From the IMG/VR virus record IMGVR_UViG_3300021185_003947: DNA of 64,000 nucleotides. One strand, 5' to 3'. The notes beneath the pieces were generated by a model. That model had not been told where the DNA came from and ran no database searches. It was given only the letters and a program-made list of their open reading frames with translations. Positions 54,976 through 64,000 of the stretch are shown here, piece by piece (the first letter of the stretch is position 1; the number at the start of each line of letters is the position of its first letter). Origin of the DNA: a virus. Lineage: Duplodnaviria; Caudoviricetes. The translations under genes and the position numbers were made by a program.

Positions 54976-57750
54976 TTATCCTTGCAATTCCGCTGTAGGT
55001 GGTGTGAAGTTTGCAGTATATCTTGCAAGACCGCGAGTGAATCTAAAATCTTGTATATTGCCAAACGTTAGATAACCAGTGGCATATTTACCACCAATGA
55101 CACCTTTTGGAGTCGTATACACAGTTGTATCCGCAGCACTAAGGGCTGTAATCTCGGTTCCGTCCTCGTATATTTTTATAGTACCATTGTAACGAACATA
55201 CGCAAGATGATACCACTGCCCAACAGTTGTTTGGCCTGCACCGGCAGAAATATACCCACCAGAGCCACTATACATTTGATATCTTCCACCAGATGTGCGT
55301 CTTGAGATAGCAAAAGTGGGAATACTGTTACCGTGTGCATTTCCTAAAATTTGCGGAGCGACTTGAAAAAGACCGCCCCATTGATCAGAAGAAAACCTAT
55401 GCCATAATTCTACAGTAAAATCTTCGTTTGCTCCAATATCACCGCCAGGAATATCAAATGTTAAATAATCACCTGTACCATCAAATGCAATTGATTTAGT
55501 TCCAGCAAATTTTACATAAGTTGTATCTGTCGCCGGATTACCAACAAAACTTACTCGACTTGATTGGGACAAATCTTCAGCGGAAGGTTCTGGATTCAAT
55601 AGTAATTTAGCACTTTCAGTTACATTGATTGTTCCTATCATAGCCGAATGATTGCTACATTGATAGTAATATGTACCAGCAGTATTAGGAGTCCAAGTTA
55701 CAGTACCACTTTGAGCGCCTTGATTAGTTGCGGCAGGTGTACTTACATCTGCACCACCGTCTGACACTCTAATATGAAAAGGATGACCTGAAGCATTTAC
55801 CACAAAATTTACTGTTTGACCAACAGCCATATTCACGGTTGGATTGCTGCTACTCATATCAGTACTTAATGTGTCTGAAGTTAATGTATATGCACTTGCT
55901 CCTGAGTTTGTTACATTTATATTAAAAACAGGAGGTGTAGTTGTTAACGGTGTAGTTGGTGGTGTGAAATTACTAAAATACGCACAAGTTCCATTTAATA
56001 CTCTAATATCAGACATATAGCCAGTAAGAGCATACGCGGTATTATGGTATGAACCAAACCTTGGTCCATTCGTGCCGACTAATTGAGTTAAAGAGTTTGT
56101 AAAAGTAGAACCTTCTTGTATACCGTTTACAAATAATTTTACATAAGAACCCTGCCTTACTAATGCAACATGACTCCATGCATTATCTAGAATAACAGAA
56201 CTTGTTATTCTAGCACCACCTTGATGATAATATATTATATTATTGGTGTTATACTGGTTATCAAGATAAAGCAGTGTATAGGTTCCGTTTCCGCTAGATC
56301 CACGAAAATCTACTAACTGAGCTTCTGTAGCTGTCCGAGTTAATGGATATATCCAAAATTCTACTGTAAAATCGTTAGTGCCAAATGCAAATTCTGCATC
56401 ACCATTTAAATTAATTCCATCACCTACTCCGCCAAAATAAGCAGACGCACCATGAGAGGCTTCTGAATATGGAGAATTATCAAATACAGATTTTGGTTTT
56501 AAAGATACATCACCGGCAGTTATAAGAGCGTGATTCGATGTAGATTGATCTTTAAGATAGGGTAGTTGACCTAGTAAGAATTTTGTATTTGTAATTGCAG
56601 TAAGCGGTTCAGTCGGCGGAGTAAAATTACTGGTGTAAACCGCAGTACCTTTTACAACTCTCACATCCGAGTAATATCCATTAACGCTATATAAATTAGA
56701 ATTATAATCAGAAGGAACCCAAAAGTAATTAGTACCACTATAATTTACAGTGTCGGAAACCGCAGAACCCGAAGCCACACCATTTATATAAAATTGACTA
56801 ACTGCACTGCTTCGAACCAGAGCAACGTGTGTCCAAATATTTGGTAGCAGTGCTGTTGCTGTACTAGTTTTTACTGAGCTACCTACATAATACTCTAGAA
56901 TGTCCGATTGATTTGACCAAATTGAATAATTACCCGAATATCCGGCATCTATTAATACTCTCCATGATCCAGAATCATTTTTATATATCCAAAACTCTAT
57001 CGTAAAATCACCAGTACCAAAAGCAAAATCTGCGTGGGCAGAATTTGTTCTTATATAATTACTTGCCATTGCTGGACCAAAATATGCAGAATATCCGCCA
57101 TGACGATGTGGACTAAATGTTGATGCTGTTGAGTTACCATCAACAGTAATCGTATGATTCGAAGTGGATGCATCGTCAAATGTTTGATTAGAACCAGCTG
57201 CAGTCGCTTTAACTGATAACGCAGTGTATCTTGAATTAGTAACAGAAAATAATAATGTAAACGCACTTACTGCACTTACGACTCCGTTTAGACCATCAGT
57301 CACACTAAATGTTAAACTAAAAGTTCCTTCATTTGCGGTATCTGTTGAAGGTGTAATTGTAAATACATTGTCCGCTTGAGATACTGTTGCTGTAGAACCC
57401 AATGATCCAGATGATACCGCATAGGACCAAGTTAAAGCAAATCCTTCAGGATCAGTAGAAACCGCAGTAATAGTTGTGGCTGTACCATCTATTGCAAGTG
57501 CATATGTATCACTAACTCCAGTGATAGCAGTTGGAGATGCATTTGTAACTGTAGCGATTAAGTACCATCCAACACCGCTCCAAATATATAATTTATTTGT
57601 TGCTACAACAAAAGCTGTATTTCCTGGTGTAGAACCAGAAGCTGGTAAATCAGCAAAAGTTGCATATGAATACGAGCCTGGTGCTGAATTTACGCTTTTT
57701 GGAAAGCTAGCCGATTCAGTTGCGTATCTTTTTCTGGAATAGCTTCCCAT
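54976..57750 (-). CDS. Tail fibre/adhesin with three LamG/ConA-like domains and a cupredoxin-like insert
   Basis: Repeated DFTIEFW...WTHVALVR...SDVRVVKG.A.YTSNFTPPT; GHPF...YQCSNHSAM. Confidence 0.8.
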   Translation of the reverse strand: MGSYSRKRYATESASFPKSVNSAPGSYSYATFADLPASGSTPGNTAFVVATNKLYIWSGVGWYLIATVTNASPTAITGVSDTYALAIDGTATTITAVSTDPEGFALTWSYAVSSGSLGSTATVSQADNVFTITPSTDTANEGTFSLTFSVTDGLNGVVSAVSAFTLLFSVTNSRYTALSVKATAAGSNQTFDDASTSNHTITVDGNSTASTFSPHRHGGYSAYFGPAMASNYIRTNSAHADFAFGTGDFTIEFWIYKNDSGSWRVLIDAGYSGNYSIWSNQSDILEYYVGSSVKTSTATALLPNIWTHVALVRSSAVSQFYINGVASGSAVSDTVNYSGTNYFWVPSDYNSNLYSVNGYYSDVRVVKGTAVYTSNFTPPTEPLTAITNTKFLLGQLPYLKDQSTSNHALITAGDVSLKPKSVFDNSPYSEASHGASAYFGGVGDGINLNGDAEFAFGTNDFTVEFWIYPLTRTATEAQLVDFRGSSGNGTYTLLYLDNQYNTNNIIYYHQGGARITSSVILDNAWSHVALVRQGSYVKLFVNGIQEGSTFTNSLTQLVGTNGPRFGSYHNTAYALTGYMSDIRVLNGTCAYFSNFTPPTTPLTTTPPVFNINVTNSGASAYTLTSDTLSTDMSSSNPTVNMAVGQTVNFVVNASGHPFHIRVSDGGADVSTPAATNQGAQSGTVTWTPNTAGTYYYQCSNHSAMIGTINVTESAKLLLNPEPSAEDLSQSSRVSFVGNPATDTTYVKFAGTKSIAFDGTGDYLTFDIPGGDIGANEDFTVELWHRFSSDQWGGLFQVAPQILGNAHGNSIPTFAISRRTSGGRYQMYSGSGGYISAGAGQTTVGQWYHLAYVRYNGTIKIYEDGTEITALSAADTTVYTTPKGVIGGKYATGYLTFGNIQDFRFTRGLARYTANFTPPTAELQG

Positions 57751-57764
57751 TTAAATCACCCTAT

Positions 57765-58988
57765 TTAAATATTCAAAGTACCTTGTCTATTATCTTTACC
57801 AACATGTTTTAAATTTTTAATTATTTCGTTATGTTCTGGATTTACGCTTGCAAGAGCTTTTTCATAATGCTTTTTACGGCCCTCGACATCAACTTTATTG
57901 TAAGCAGCTTTCTTATTAAGTTTAGTTTTACTTTTTGTACCTTTCGGAAGATCAGATTCAGCTTTTTTCTGGCTATCAACCATTTTATTATAAGCTTCAT
58001 GAGCCGCGGTAGAAGTTTTAGCTACTTTACGGAAAGTAGCAGCATGTTTAGGAATTGATGTGACAACGTCAGCTTTTTGTTCTTCTTCATGATGTGGATG
58101 ATCATGATGTGTATGATCATATCCTAGTCTTGCATTATCTATATGTGTTTCATTAGGATTATTTTGTTCAGCTTTTTTATGCTTTTCCATTTCATCATAA
58201 TGATGATCTTCCTCTCCGTTACCGTAATGATGCTCATAATAATGGCTATGATTTGAAGTTGTAAACTCATGTTCTCCATGAGTTTCTAGATGAGCGCCTG
58301 CCGCTTTATGAGCATCATGATGGAGTTTTAAAGTATGTTCAGCATGAGCTAATCTCTTTTTGTCTTCTGGGTCATGTCTTTTAAGCGCAGCAATATGCTT
58401 TTTAATAGTAATTACGCGTTCTTCAGCAGGATTATTACCGTGGTATTTCTTGCGCTCTTTTTCTGCCGGGTCGTTTATTCTATTTTCTGTAGCAGCGACC
58501 CAACTCGGACCTAAATGGTTCGACCGATGCGCTATGGTAGTGTCGTGTCCGGGATTTCCAGCAGCATCTACCCAATCTCCTTTAGGATGGGGCGCCATTG
58601 AGCCTTTATTATTAGGATTATGTTTTACAGTGGAACTCCATAATGATCCATGTTTAGGATTTCCGTCTTTATCCTTAGGTCGCATTGAGTTTGGATTATC
58701 AGCATTACCTTTTTTGGTAATATTATAACCTTTGCTTAACCCTTTTAAGCCTGCTAATTCTTTGGCATTGCTTTTACTTTTATCACGCATAGCTGCTTTT
58801 GCTTTTTCATGTTCGGCATCTTGCTTAGCAGCTCTATTAGCTATGTTTTTCATTCTTGCGGCATGTTTCTTAGGATCAGCCGGATTAGTTTTAAATCCAG
58901 CTATAGCTTGTTTGATTCTTGTTGCAATACTCTCATTTACATTCTTTTGATGTTGAATATCTTCGTTCATCTGTTTAAAAGTTTTCAT
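57765..58988 (-). CDS. Late, Lys/His-rich putative internal head protein
   Basis: MKTFKQMNE start resembling the T4 capsid-targeting sequence; late promoter at 59027-59034. Confidence 0.55.
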   Translation of the reverse strand: MKTFKQMNEDIQHQKNVNESIATRIKQAIAGFKTNPADPKKHAARMKNIANRAAKQDAEHEKAKAAMRDKSKSNAKELAGLKGLSKGYNITKKGNADNPNSMRPKDKDGNPKHGSLWSSTVKHNPNNKGSMAPHPKGDWVDAAGNPGHDTTIAHRSNHLGPSWVAATENRINDPAEKERKKYHGNNPAEERVITIKKHIAALKRHDPEDKKRLAHAEHTLKLHHDAHKAAGAHLETHGEHEFTTSNHSHYYEHHYGNGEEDHHYDEMEKHKKAEQNNPNETHIDNARLGYDHTHHDHPHHEEEQKADVVTSIPKHAATFRKVAKTSTAAHEAYNKMVDSQKKAESDLPKGTKSKTKLNKKAAYNKVDVEGRKKHYEKALASVNPEHNEIIKNLKHVGKDNRQGTLNI

Positions 58989-59026
58989 GTCTACCCCATC
59001 CGATAATTTGCTAAACCATTTTACTA

Positions 59027-59034
59027 TATTTATA
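59027..59034 (-). promoter_or_regulatory. T4 late promoter
   Basis: TATAAATA. Confidence 0.75.
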
Positions 59035-59040
59035 CAAATA

Positions 59041-59072
59041 AAAAAAGGAACAAAACTAATTGTTCCCTTTTT
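59041..59072. terminator. Probable bidirectional intrinsic terminator
   Basis: aaaaaaggaaca...tgttcccttttt hairpin with A/T tails. Confidence 0.65.
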
Positions 59073-59092
59073 ATACTATTTCTTGTAAGGAA

Positions 59093-59263
59093 TTATGCTA
59101 CCATATCCTCTAATTCATATATCTTCTGATCTAAATATACTTTTTTTGATTCTAGTTTCTTAGCTAAAGAATGGTTACCCTTTTGTTTTATTTCCTCTAC
59201 ATAAGCTTTGAGCTCAGTAGAATCTTTTTGTAATTTCGCTATTTGATTGTTATGTAAAACCAT
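59093..59263 (-). CDS. Small coiled-coil protein (56 aa)
   Basis: Manual translation MVLHNNQIAKLQKDSTELKAYVEEIKQKG...; AGGAG RBS. Confidence 0.6.
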   Translation of the reverse strand: MVLHNNQIAKLQKDSTELKAYVEEIKQKGNHSLAKKLESKKVYLDQKIYELEDMVA

Positions 59264-59275
59264 TTTAGTTCTCCT

Positions 59276-59310
59276 AAAAAAAGACAGACTCTTCCGAAGA
59301 AGGTCTGTCT
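59276..59310 (-). terminator. UUCG intrinsic terminator
   Basis: AGACAGACCTTC-TTCG-GAAGAGTCTGTCT-TTTTTT. Confidence 0.85.
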
Positions 59311-59350
59311 ATAAATCTAATTATAAGTATATTTTCCAATCATTATATAT

Positions 59351-59761
59351 TTATTTCTGTATCAAATTTGGAAAGGCTTCTTTTGCTACTGCTTTGGTGA
59401 CTCCTTTTATTGGGTTTTTATTAATCATATTAATAATTAATTCTGCTTCAGGTGGCTCAACTGACTCTAACAAAATAATAAAAGCTTTTTCTCTTTTTAC
59501 TTTTTGCATAGAGTCACCAGGTCCACCTTTAACAAATGAAATAAAATCTTTATGTCTTTTATAAAGATTAGATGGTGCATTGTAACCTTCATTTGCTTGA
59601 AATGGTGGAGGAGGGCCAGTTGGGATATTAAATTGAACACTAGTGTCGTATGTTCCTCTTAAAATATCTTTTAATGCCCAGCATTCATTCTTTTTCAATA
59701 TCTCAATCTTTTCTTTTTTAGATCGAGCTTTTCTTGTATCATTAATTATATCACTTATCAT
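59351..59761 (-). CDS. Hypothetical protein downstream of rnh
   Basis: SKKEKIEILKK...QKVKREKAFIILLESV. Confidence 0.7.
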   Translation of the reverse strand: MISDIINDTRKARSKKEKIEILKKNECWALKDILRGTYDTSVQFNIPTGPPPPFQANEGYNAPSNLYKRHKDFISFVKGGPGDSMQKVKREKAFIILLESVEPPEAELIINMINKNPIKGVTKAVAKEAFPNLIQK

Positions 59762-59763
59762 TA

Positions 59764-60615
59764 TTATATAAACTCCTGTACACTTTCAACTAACATTCTA
59801 CAACGCTTAGCTACAAGATATGGGAACACTTTACTTTTATTTGCCCACTGATCCTGTGCTTCATATGTATTTATAATTTCTTCTTTAATATTTTGAGGAC
59901 ATTCTGATTTTTCCGTTAAATCTATTAGTTTTTTATTGCGTAAATAATTACGATAAATTTCATCACCTAAAGCTTTTGGATCTTCGAGTAGTATTGCTTT
60001 TTTCTTAGCAGATAATGGTGTTTGTCTACGCCCTTCAACAAAGCATTTATCGTCTGATAATACATTTGGTACACCATCGGTGCCACATCCAGTAAGAATG
60101 TGTTCTTCAAGATATAATCTAGGATTAGGTTCATCTACAAATTTCTTAGTTGCTGTTGACCATTGACGAACATTACCATATTTTTGTAGTTGACGAAAAT
60201 CTTTATCAGCAGATACAATCATTACCTCTTCATGATTACCAAACTCTTGAGTCCATTTTACTATTTCAGCAATAGAATCATCAGCTTCACATCCCCATTG
60301 ATGAATAACTTTATATGGAAAATGTTCTTTTAATTCTTCACGAACTAAATTAATACAACGAAAAGCTTCTTCCCAATCAATTTTAGATTTTTCACGAGAT
60401 TCTTTGCGCTTACCTTTATATTCAGGATATACATCTTTGCGCCAGTTTCCGCCGGCATCACATACAATAACTATTTCGCCATATTTGTCTTTAAACTTTT
60501 GACGATACATACGAATACTATTTAATATCATATGGCGTATTAGATTTTCATCAGCATTTGTTAAACCCATTGCAACAGGTGCAATTGAAATACCTGAGAA
60601 GTCAATTAAAATCAT
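59764..60615 (-). CDS. rnh: T4-type RNase H / 5'-3' exonuclease
   Basis: MILIDFS...WRKDVYPEYK..R...CEADD...VSADKDFRQLQ...DGVPNVLSDD. Confidence 0.93.
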   Translation of the reverse strand: MILIDFSGISIAPVAMGLTNADENLIRHMILNSIRMYRQKFKDKYGEIVIVCDAGGNWRKDVYPEYKGKRKESREKSKIDWEEAFRCINLVREELKEHFPYKVIHQWGCEADDSIAEIVKWTQEFGNHEEVMIVSADKDFRQLQKYGNVRQWSTATKKFVDEPNPRLYLEEHILTGCGTDGVPNVLSDDKCFVEGRRQTPLSAKKKAILLEDPKALGDEIYRNYLRNKKLIDLTEKSECPQNIKEEIINTYEAQDQWANKSKVFPYLVAKRCRMLVESVQEFI

Positions 60616-60640
60616 AGTTGATTCCTTTCATTATATAGTT

Positions 60641-60670
60641 ATTATATCATAGTATTACTCAATTGTAAAC
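60641..60670 (-). promoter_or_regulatory. Early promoter
   Basis: GTTTACA-17-TATAAT upstream of rnh. Confidence 0.8.
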
Positions 60671-60673
60671 CTT

Positions 60674-61126
60674 TTATTCAGATAATTCTTGAATTAATTT
60701 TACGTCTACTTTACCTTCTTGCATTAATCTTTGACGATTAGCTAAATGACCCTTTTCAACATCAGCTTTTGATTGTCCATGATATGGAACGGCATGACCT
60801 TCATCAATAAGAATATCGGTGCACATACGTCCGTCAGGAGCAACAAAATCACCAAGGACTCTACCAAACTTACCTTTCATATCTTCACCATCTTTATTGA
60901 TTTCAGTCTTTAACACGCCTTCAGATCCAAGAAGTTCTTGAAGTCTTGCTTTAGCTGCTTTACCAAAAACTTTTTCAACCTTATCGCTGGTACGAGATTC
61001 AGGTGTATCGATACCCATTACACGAACTCTTTCATCAGTTAACACAATACCAAATCCAAGATCAATATCTACATCAACAGTATCTCCATCAACTACTCTA
61101 TTAATAGTACATTTATATTCGTACAT
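60674..61126 (-). CDS. Staphylococcal-nuclease-like (thermonuclease) protein
   Basis: RVVDGDTVDVDIDLGF...RVRVMGIDTPESRT...GKFGRVLG. Confidence 0.85.
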   Translation of the reverse strand: MYEYKCTINRVVDGDTVDVDIDLGFGIVLTDERVRVMGIDTPESRTSDKVEKVFGKAAKARLQELLGSEGVLKTEINKDGEDMKGKFGRVLGDFVAPDGRMCTDILIDEGHAVPYHGQSKADVEKGHLANRQRLMQEGKVDVKLIQELSE

Positions 61127-61542
61127 TATTCTTTTCCTTTTACATGCTTTGAATGAATTTTACATCCAATAAATTCATTATAATATTCATCATTAAAAAG
61201 GACTTCACGATCAAATTGTTCTTTTGCCTCATAATAGCTCATAAGACCTTTTGTCTTACATAACTTTAGTATTTCTCTTTTAAATCTATTTTCTCCATCA
61301 TTTTCTACAAGCAACTTAACTTCTTCATTTGAGCCATAGTAACTCATCCAATCAGATTGAGCTTTTTTTACTCTTCGTCTAGTTTTACCTTTTAAGGGTT
61401 TAAGTCTTCTTGTGGACCATAATGTTTTTTTCCCAATATACTTTTTACCGTTGTTTAAATCAGTTATACAGTAAACAAATCCAGCTAAGTCATCAATACG
61501 AGAATCAGCTGGATCAAACTCTTTATTTTCAAATAACCACAA
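61126..61542 (-). CDS. GIY-YIG-like endonuclease
   Basis: GFVYCITDLNNGKKYIGKK...SDWMSYYGS...SYYE. Confidence 0.7.
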   Translation of the reverse strand: MWLFENKEFDPADSRIDDLAGFVYCITDLNNGKKYIGKKTLWSTRRLKPLKGKTRRRVKKAQSDWMSYYGSNEEVKLLVENDGENRFKREILKLCKTKGLMSYYEAKEQFDREVLFNDEYYNEFIGCKIHSKHVKGKE

Positions 61543-61580
61543 TATAGTATTCCTTAATTACAAAATACTATTTATATAAA

Positions 61581-61718
61581 TTAATCGTTATCCTCTGCAT
61601 CTAATAATTGAGCATTTATTTCATGTCCACAACATGGGCAATATTCAGGCTCTTTGTCTTCTGTTGATACTTGTGATTCTGCGTCACAATAATCGCACTC
61701 AATATAATAGTGTAACAT
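61581..61718 (-). CDS. Small zinc-ribbon protein (45 aa)
   Basis: Manual translation: CDYC...YCPCCG. Confidence 0.6.
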   Translation of the reverse strand: MLHYYIECDYCDAESQVSTEDKEPEYCPCCGHEINAQLLDAEDND

Positions 61719-61728
61719 ATAGTCTTCC

Positions 61729-63372
61729 TTACGCTTCGCAACTAGCGCAGTTCATAATATCACGAACTAATTCTTGCGCAGGGTTTGCTGATCTTTGATA
61801 GTAAAATGTTTTAACTCCTAACTTCCAACCTTCAATAATTAAAGAATTGACATCTTTTGCTGGAATATCTGGATGAATAATAATATTTAATGATTGAGAT
61901 TGATCGATATATTTTTGTCTTCCGCCAGCTTGTTGCACAATAGAAAGTGGTGTAATTTCACTAAATGTTTTATATACATCTTTTTCGTGTTCAGATAAAA
62001 AATCAAGATGTTGAACTGACCCACCGTGTTTTAGAATATCTACCCAAGTTTCTTCATTATCTTTTCCATGATCATGTAGCACACCTTTTAAATGTGGATT
62101 GCGATAAGTAAATTTACCTTTTGCTAAATCTTTTGTAAAATAGTTAGATGCTAGTGGCTCAATAGATGGTGATACCTGTCCAAGAATAAATGATGATGAA
62201 GTAGTTGGAGCAATAGCAGTTCGTGTTAAGTTGCGCTCACCGGTTCCTAACATACCTTTTGGTTCACCGTATTCAATTGCTAATTCTTTTGATGCTTCGA
62301 GTGACTTATCATCAATAAATTTACTAATTTTCATAGAAAGCATTTGTGCCTCAAATGATTCAAATGCCACACTTTTAGATTGAAGATATGTATGCCATCC
62401 CAATTGTCCTAAACCTAATGCTCTCCAATGTAAAGCAAAATTATAAGCAGAATGCATAAACTGAATATCTTTAGTTTTTTCAATATATTCTTCCATTACA
62501 GCATCAAGAAACCAAATCATCGTTTCTACTGCATCAGTTTCAGACCATTCATCAAATGTAGCACAATTCATGGATGCTAGATTACACACAAATGACCACT
62601 CATCACTTGATGGCAAACAAATTTCAGAACAAAGATTAGAAGCCCAAATAGGAATATCTTGATCTTTTAAAATTTGAGGCTTATTATTATTTACTGTATC
62701 ACTAAAGAACAAATATGGATAACCACTTTCTCTGCGCTTGCGAAGTACTCTTGCCCATACAGTTCTTTTATCAGCATCACCATCAATCATAGATTGCATC
62801 CACTCATCAGAGATACAAACACCAAGTGACAAATGCATTATAGAAGAACCTTCTTCACGACACTCTAAAAACTCCATAATATCTGGTGAATCAATAGGCA
62901 AATACGCAGCAAAAGATCCTCTTCTTACAGATCCCTGCGCAACAACATCTACTTGAGTTTCTGTAAGATTCATAAAATGGACAGGTCCATCAGCAACTCC
63001 ACCAGATTTAATTGGTTCGCCTCTAGCACGAATAGATCCAAAATAACCTGAAGTTCCTGCACCCATTTTAGTTTGCATACCCACTTCAGCATTTTTCATT
63101 AAAATCGATGCCATATCGTCTTCAACAAAAACACCATTACACGAAATAGGTAATCCTTTTTTAGTACCAAAATTAGACCATACTGGAGACGAAAGAGAAT
63201 AGAATCCTCTGCTCATATAATCATAAAACTTATCAGCAAATCCTTCTTTATCAAGAATTTCTTCTGCAGCTTGAGCAATCATTCTTACTCGCTCTTCAGT
63301 TGTCATATTTCCATCAATATATCCACGACTTAAAAAAAGTCGTGAATCATCATTAGCCCACTCAAATCCCAT
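61729..63372 (-). CDS. nrdA: Class I ribonucleotide reductase alpha subunit, no ATP cone
   Basis: SSPVWSNFG...PISC...RRGSFAAYL...SNLCSEI...AIAPTTSSS...TFYYQR...C-terminal CASC. Confidence 0.95.
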   Translation of the reverse strand: MGFEWANDDSRLFLSRGYIDGNMTTEERVRMIAQAAEEILDKEGFADKFYDYMSRGFYSLSSPVWSNFGTKKGLPISCNGVFVEDDMASILMKNAEVGMQTKMGAGTSGYFGSIRARGEPIKSGGVADGPVHFMNLTETQVDVVAQGSVRRGSFAAYLPIDSPDIMEFLECREEGSSIMHLSLGVCISDEWMQSMIDGDADKRTVWARVLRKRRESGYPYLFFSDTVNNNKPQILKDQDIPIWASNLCSEICLPSSDEWSFVCNLASMNCATFDEWSETDAVETMIWFLDAVMEEYIEKTKDIQFMHSAYNFALHWRALGLGQLGWHTYLQSKSVAFESFEAQMLSMKISKFIDDKSLEASKELAIEYGEPKGMLGTGERNLTRTAIAPTTSSSFILGQVSPSIEPLASNYFTKDLAKGKFTYRNPHLKGVLHDHGKDNEETWVDILKHGGSVQHLDFLSEHEKDVYKTFSEITPLSIVQQAGGRQKYIDQSQSLNIIIHPDIPAKDVNSLIIEGWKLGVKTFYYQRSANPAQELVRDIMNCASCEA

Positions 63373-63383
63373 TATATAATCCT

Positions 63384-64000
63384 TTAAAATAAATCATCTG
63401 CAGTAATACCCTGACCTTTTGCGTATTCAACAGGCCTCTTTTGAAAGAAATCTGTCATATTTGCTCCTAGTAATTCTTCATCAAACCAAAATGTTTGATC
63501 AATATCATCTTGATTATATATAATCTCTGAATTATCAAAACCAATTTGATCTAAGGAATCTGCCATTCTTTTAGCAATAAATGATTTAAGAATACAAGCC
63601 GATAGACCTTTTGTTTCATAATCACCCATAATCCAATCAATTACTTTACTTTCTGCTTTCAAAGCTTCAATGCATTCTTCTCTTACTCTTGATTCCAATT
63701 CTGCATCAAATAATTCTGGGTATTCTTCGCGTAATGTATTGATTAGTTTAATACCAACTTGAGCATGTAGCATTTCTTCATTTCGAGTATATTGTACTTG
63801 TTGCGCACAATCTTTCATTACAGCTTTATTACGATTCATATGCATAATAATATAAAATTGACTAAATAAACTTACATTTTCAACAAATAATGTAAACAAC
63901 ATGATAGAGTAGATATATTGCTTTTTATCGTCAGCATAAACTTTATTGTTATACTTACGCAAATAATCTACACGGCCTTTGATTACTTTTTCATTTAAAT
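63384..64000 (-). CDS. nrdB: Class I ribonucleotide reductase beta subunit (5' part outside window)
   Basis: LFVENVSLFSQF...TRNEEMLH...DFFQKRPVEY; frame stays open to the window end. Confidence 0.92.
   Translation of the reverse strand, partial: LNEKVIKGRVDYLRKYNNKVYADDKKQYIYSIMLFTLFVENVSLFSQFYIIMHMNRNKAVMKDCAQQVQYTRNEEMLHAQVGIKLINTLREEYPELFDAELESRVREECIEALKAESKVIDWIMGDYETKGLSACILKSFIAKRMADSLDQIGFDNSEIIYNQDDIDQTFWFDEELLGANMTDFFQKRPVEYAKGQGITADDLF

Noticed and set aside
53653-57750. Diversity-generating retroelement (TR/VR) between the paralogous fibre genes
   Set aside because: Similarity is at the N-termini, mismatches are not adenine-specific, and no reverse transcriptase is in the window
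1-64000. Stop-codon reassignment
   Set aside because: Known genes translate full length with the standard code, and no suppressor tRNA was found

Overview
AT-rich 64-kb segment of a large T4-like (T4 superfamily) myovirus. The host is probably a marine Proteobacterium, most likely alphaproteobacterial (inferred from the BMP transporter and tRNA-Ile2 style). Layout: (1) 1-14.3 kb baseplate/tail module: gp5 split into three genes, hub, gp53, gp48, gp4, gp2, gp54, gp26/gp51, tape measure. (2) gp32 and gp33. (3) 15-33 kb early accessory region of small ORFs driven by repeated TTTACA-17-TAnnnT promoters, with six tRNA or tRNA-like genes, an HD hydrolase, a lipase, a class II aaRS catalytic core, IscA and two late ADP-ribosyltransferase-fold proteins. 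(4) About 14 kb glycan-synthesis cluster (33.4-47.3 kb) interrupted by ClpP, a 2OG-Fe(II) oxygenase and a BMP transporter subunit. (5) GH19 endolysin, glutaredoxin, PhoH, DenV-like protein and modular fibre proteins. (6) RNase H, nucleases, nrdA and nrdB. Most striking: an anticodon-domain-less Asx-tRNA-synthetase-like gene ending 6 nt upstream of a 110-nt aberrant tRNA-Asn(GUU) with a 38-nt variable arm; a candidate -1 frameshift joining gp26 and gp51 just upstream of the tape measure gene; a multi-hairpin ncRNA candidate behind tRNA-Arg; and late, His/Lys-rich putative internal head proteins with Arg-less ART folds sharing an N-terminal motif with a 38-aa micro-ORF. All calls come from reading the sequence; no database searches were run.
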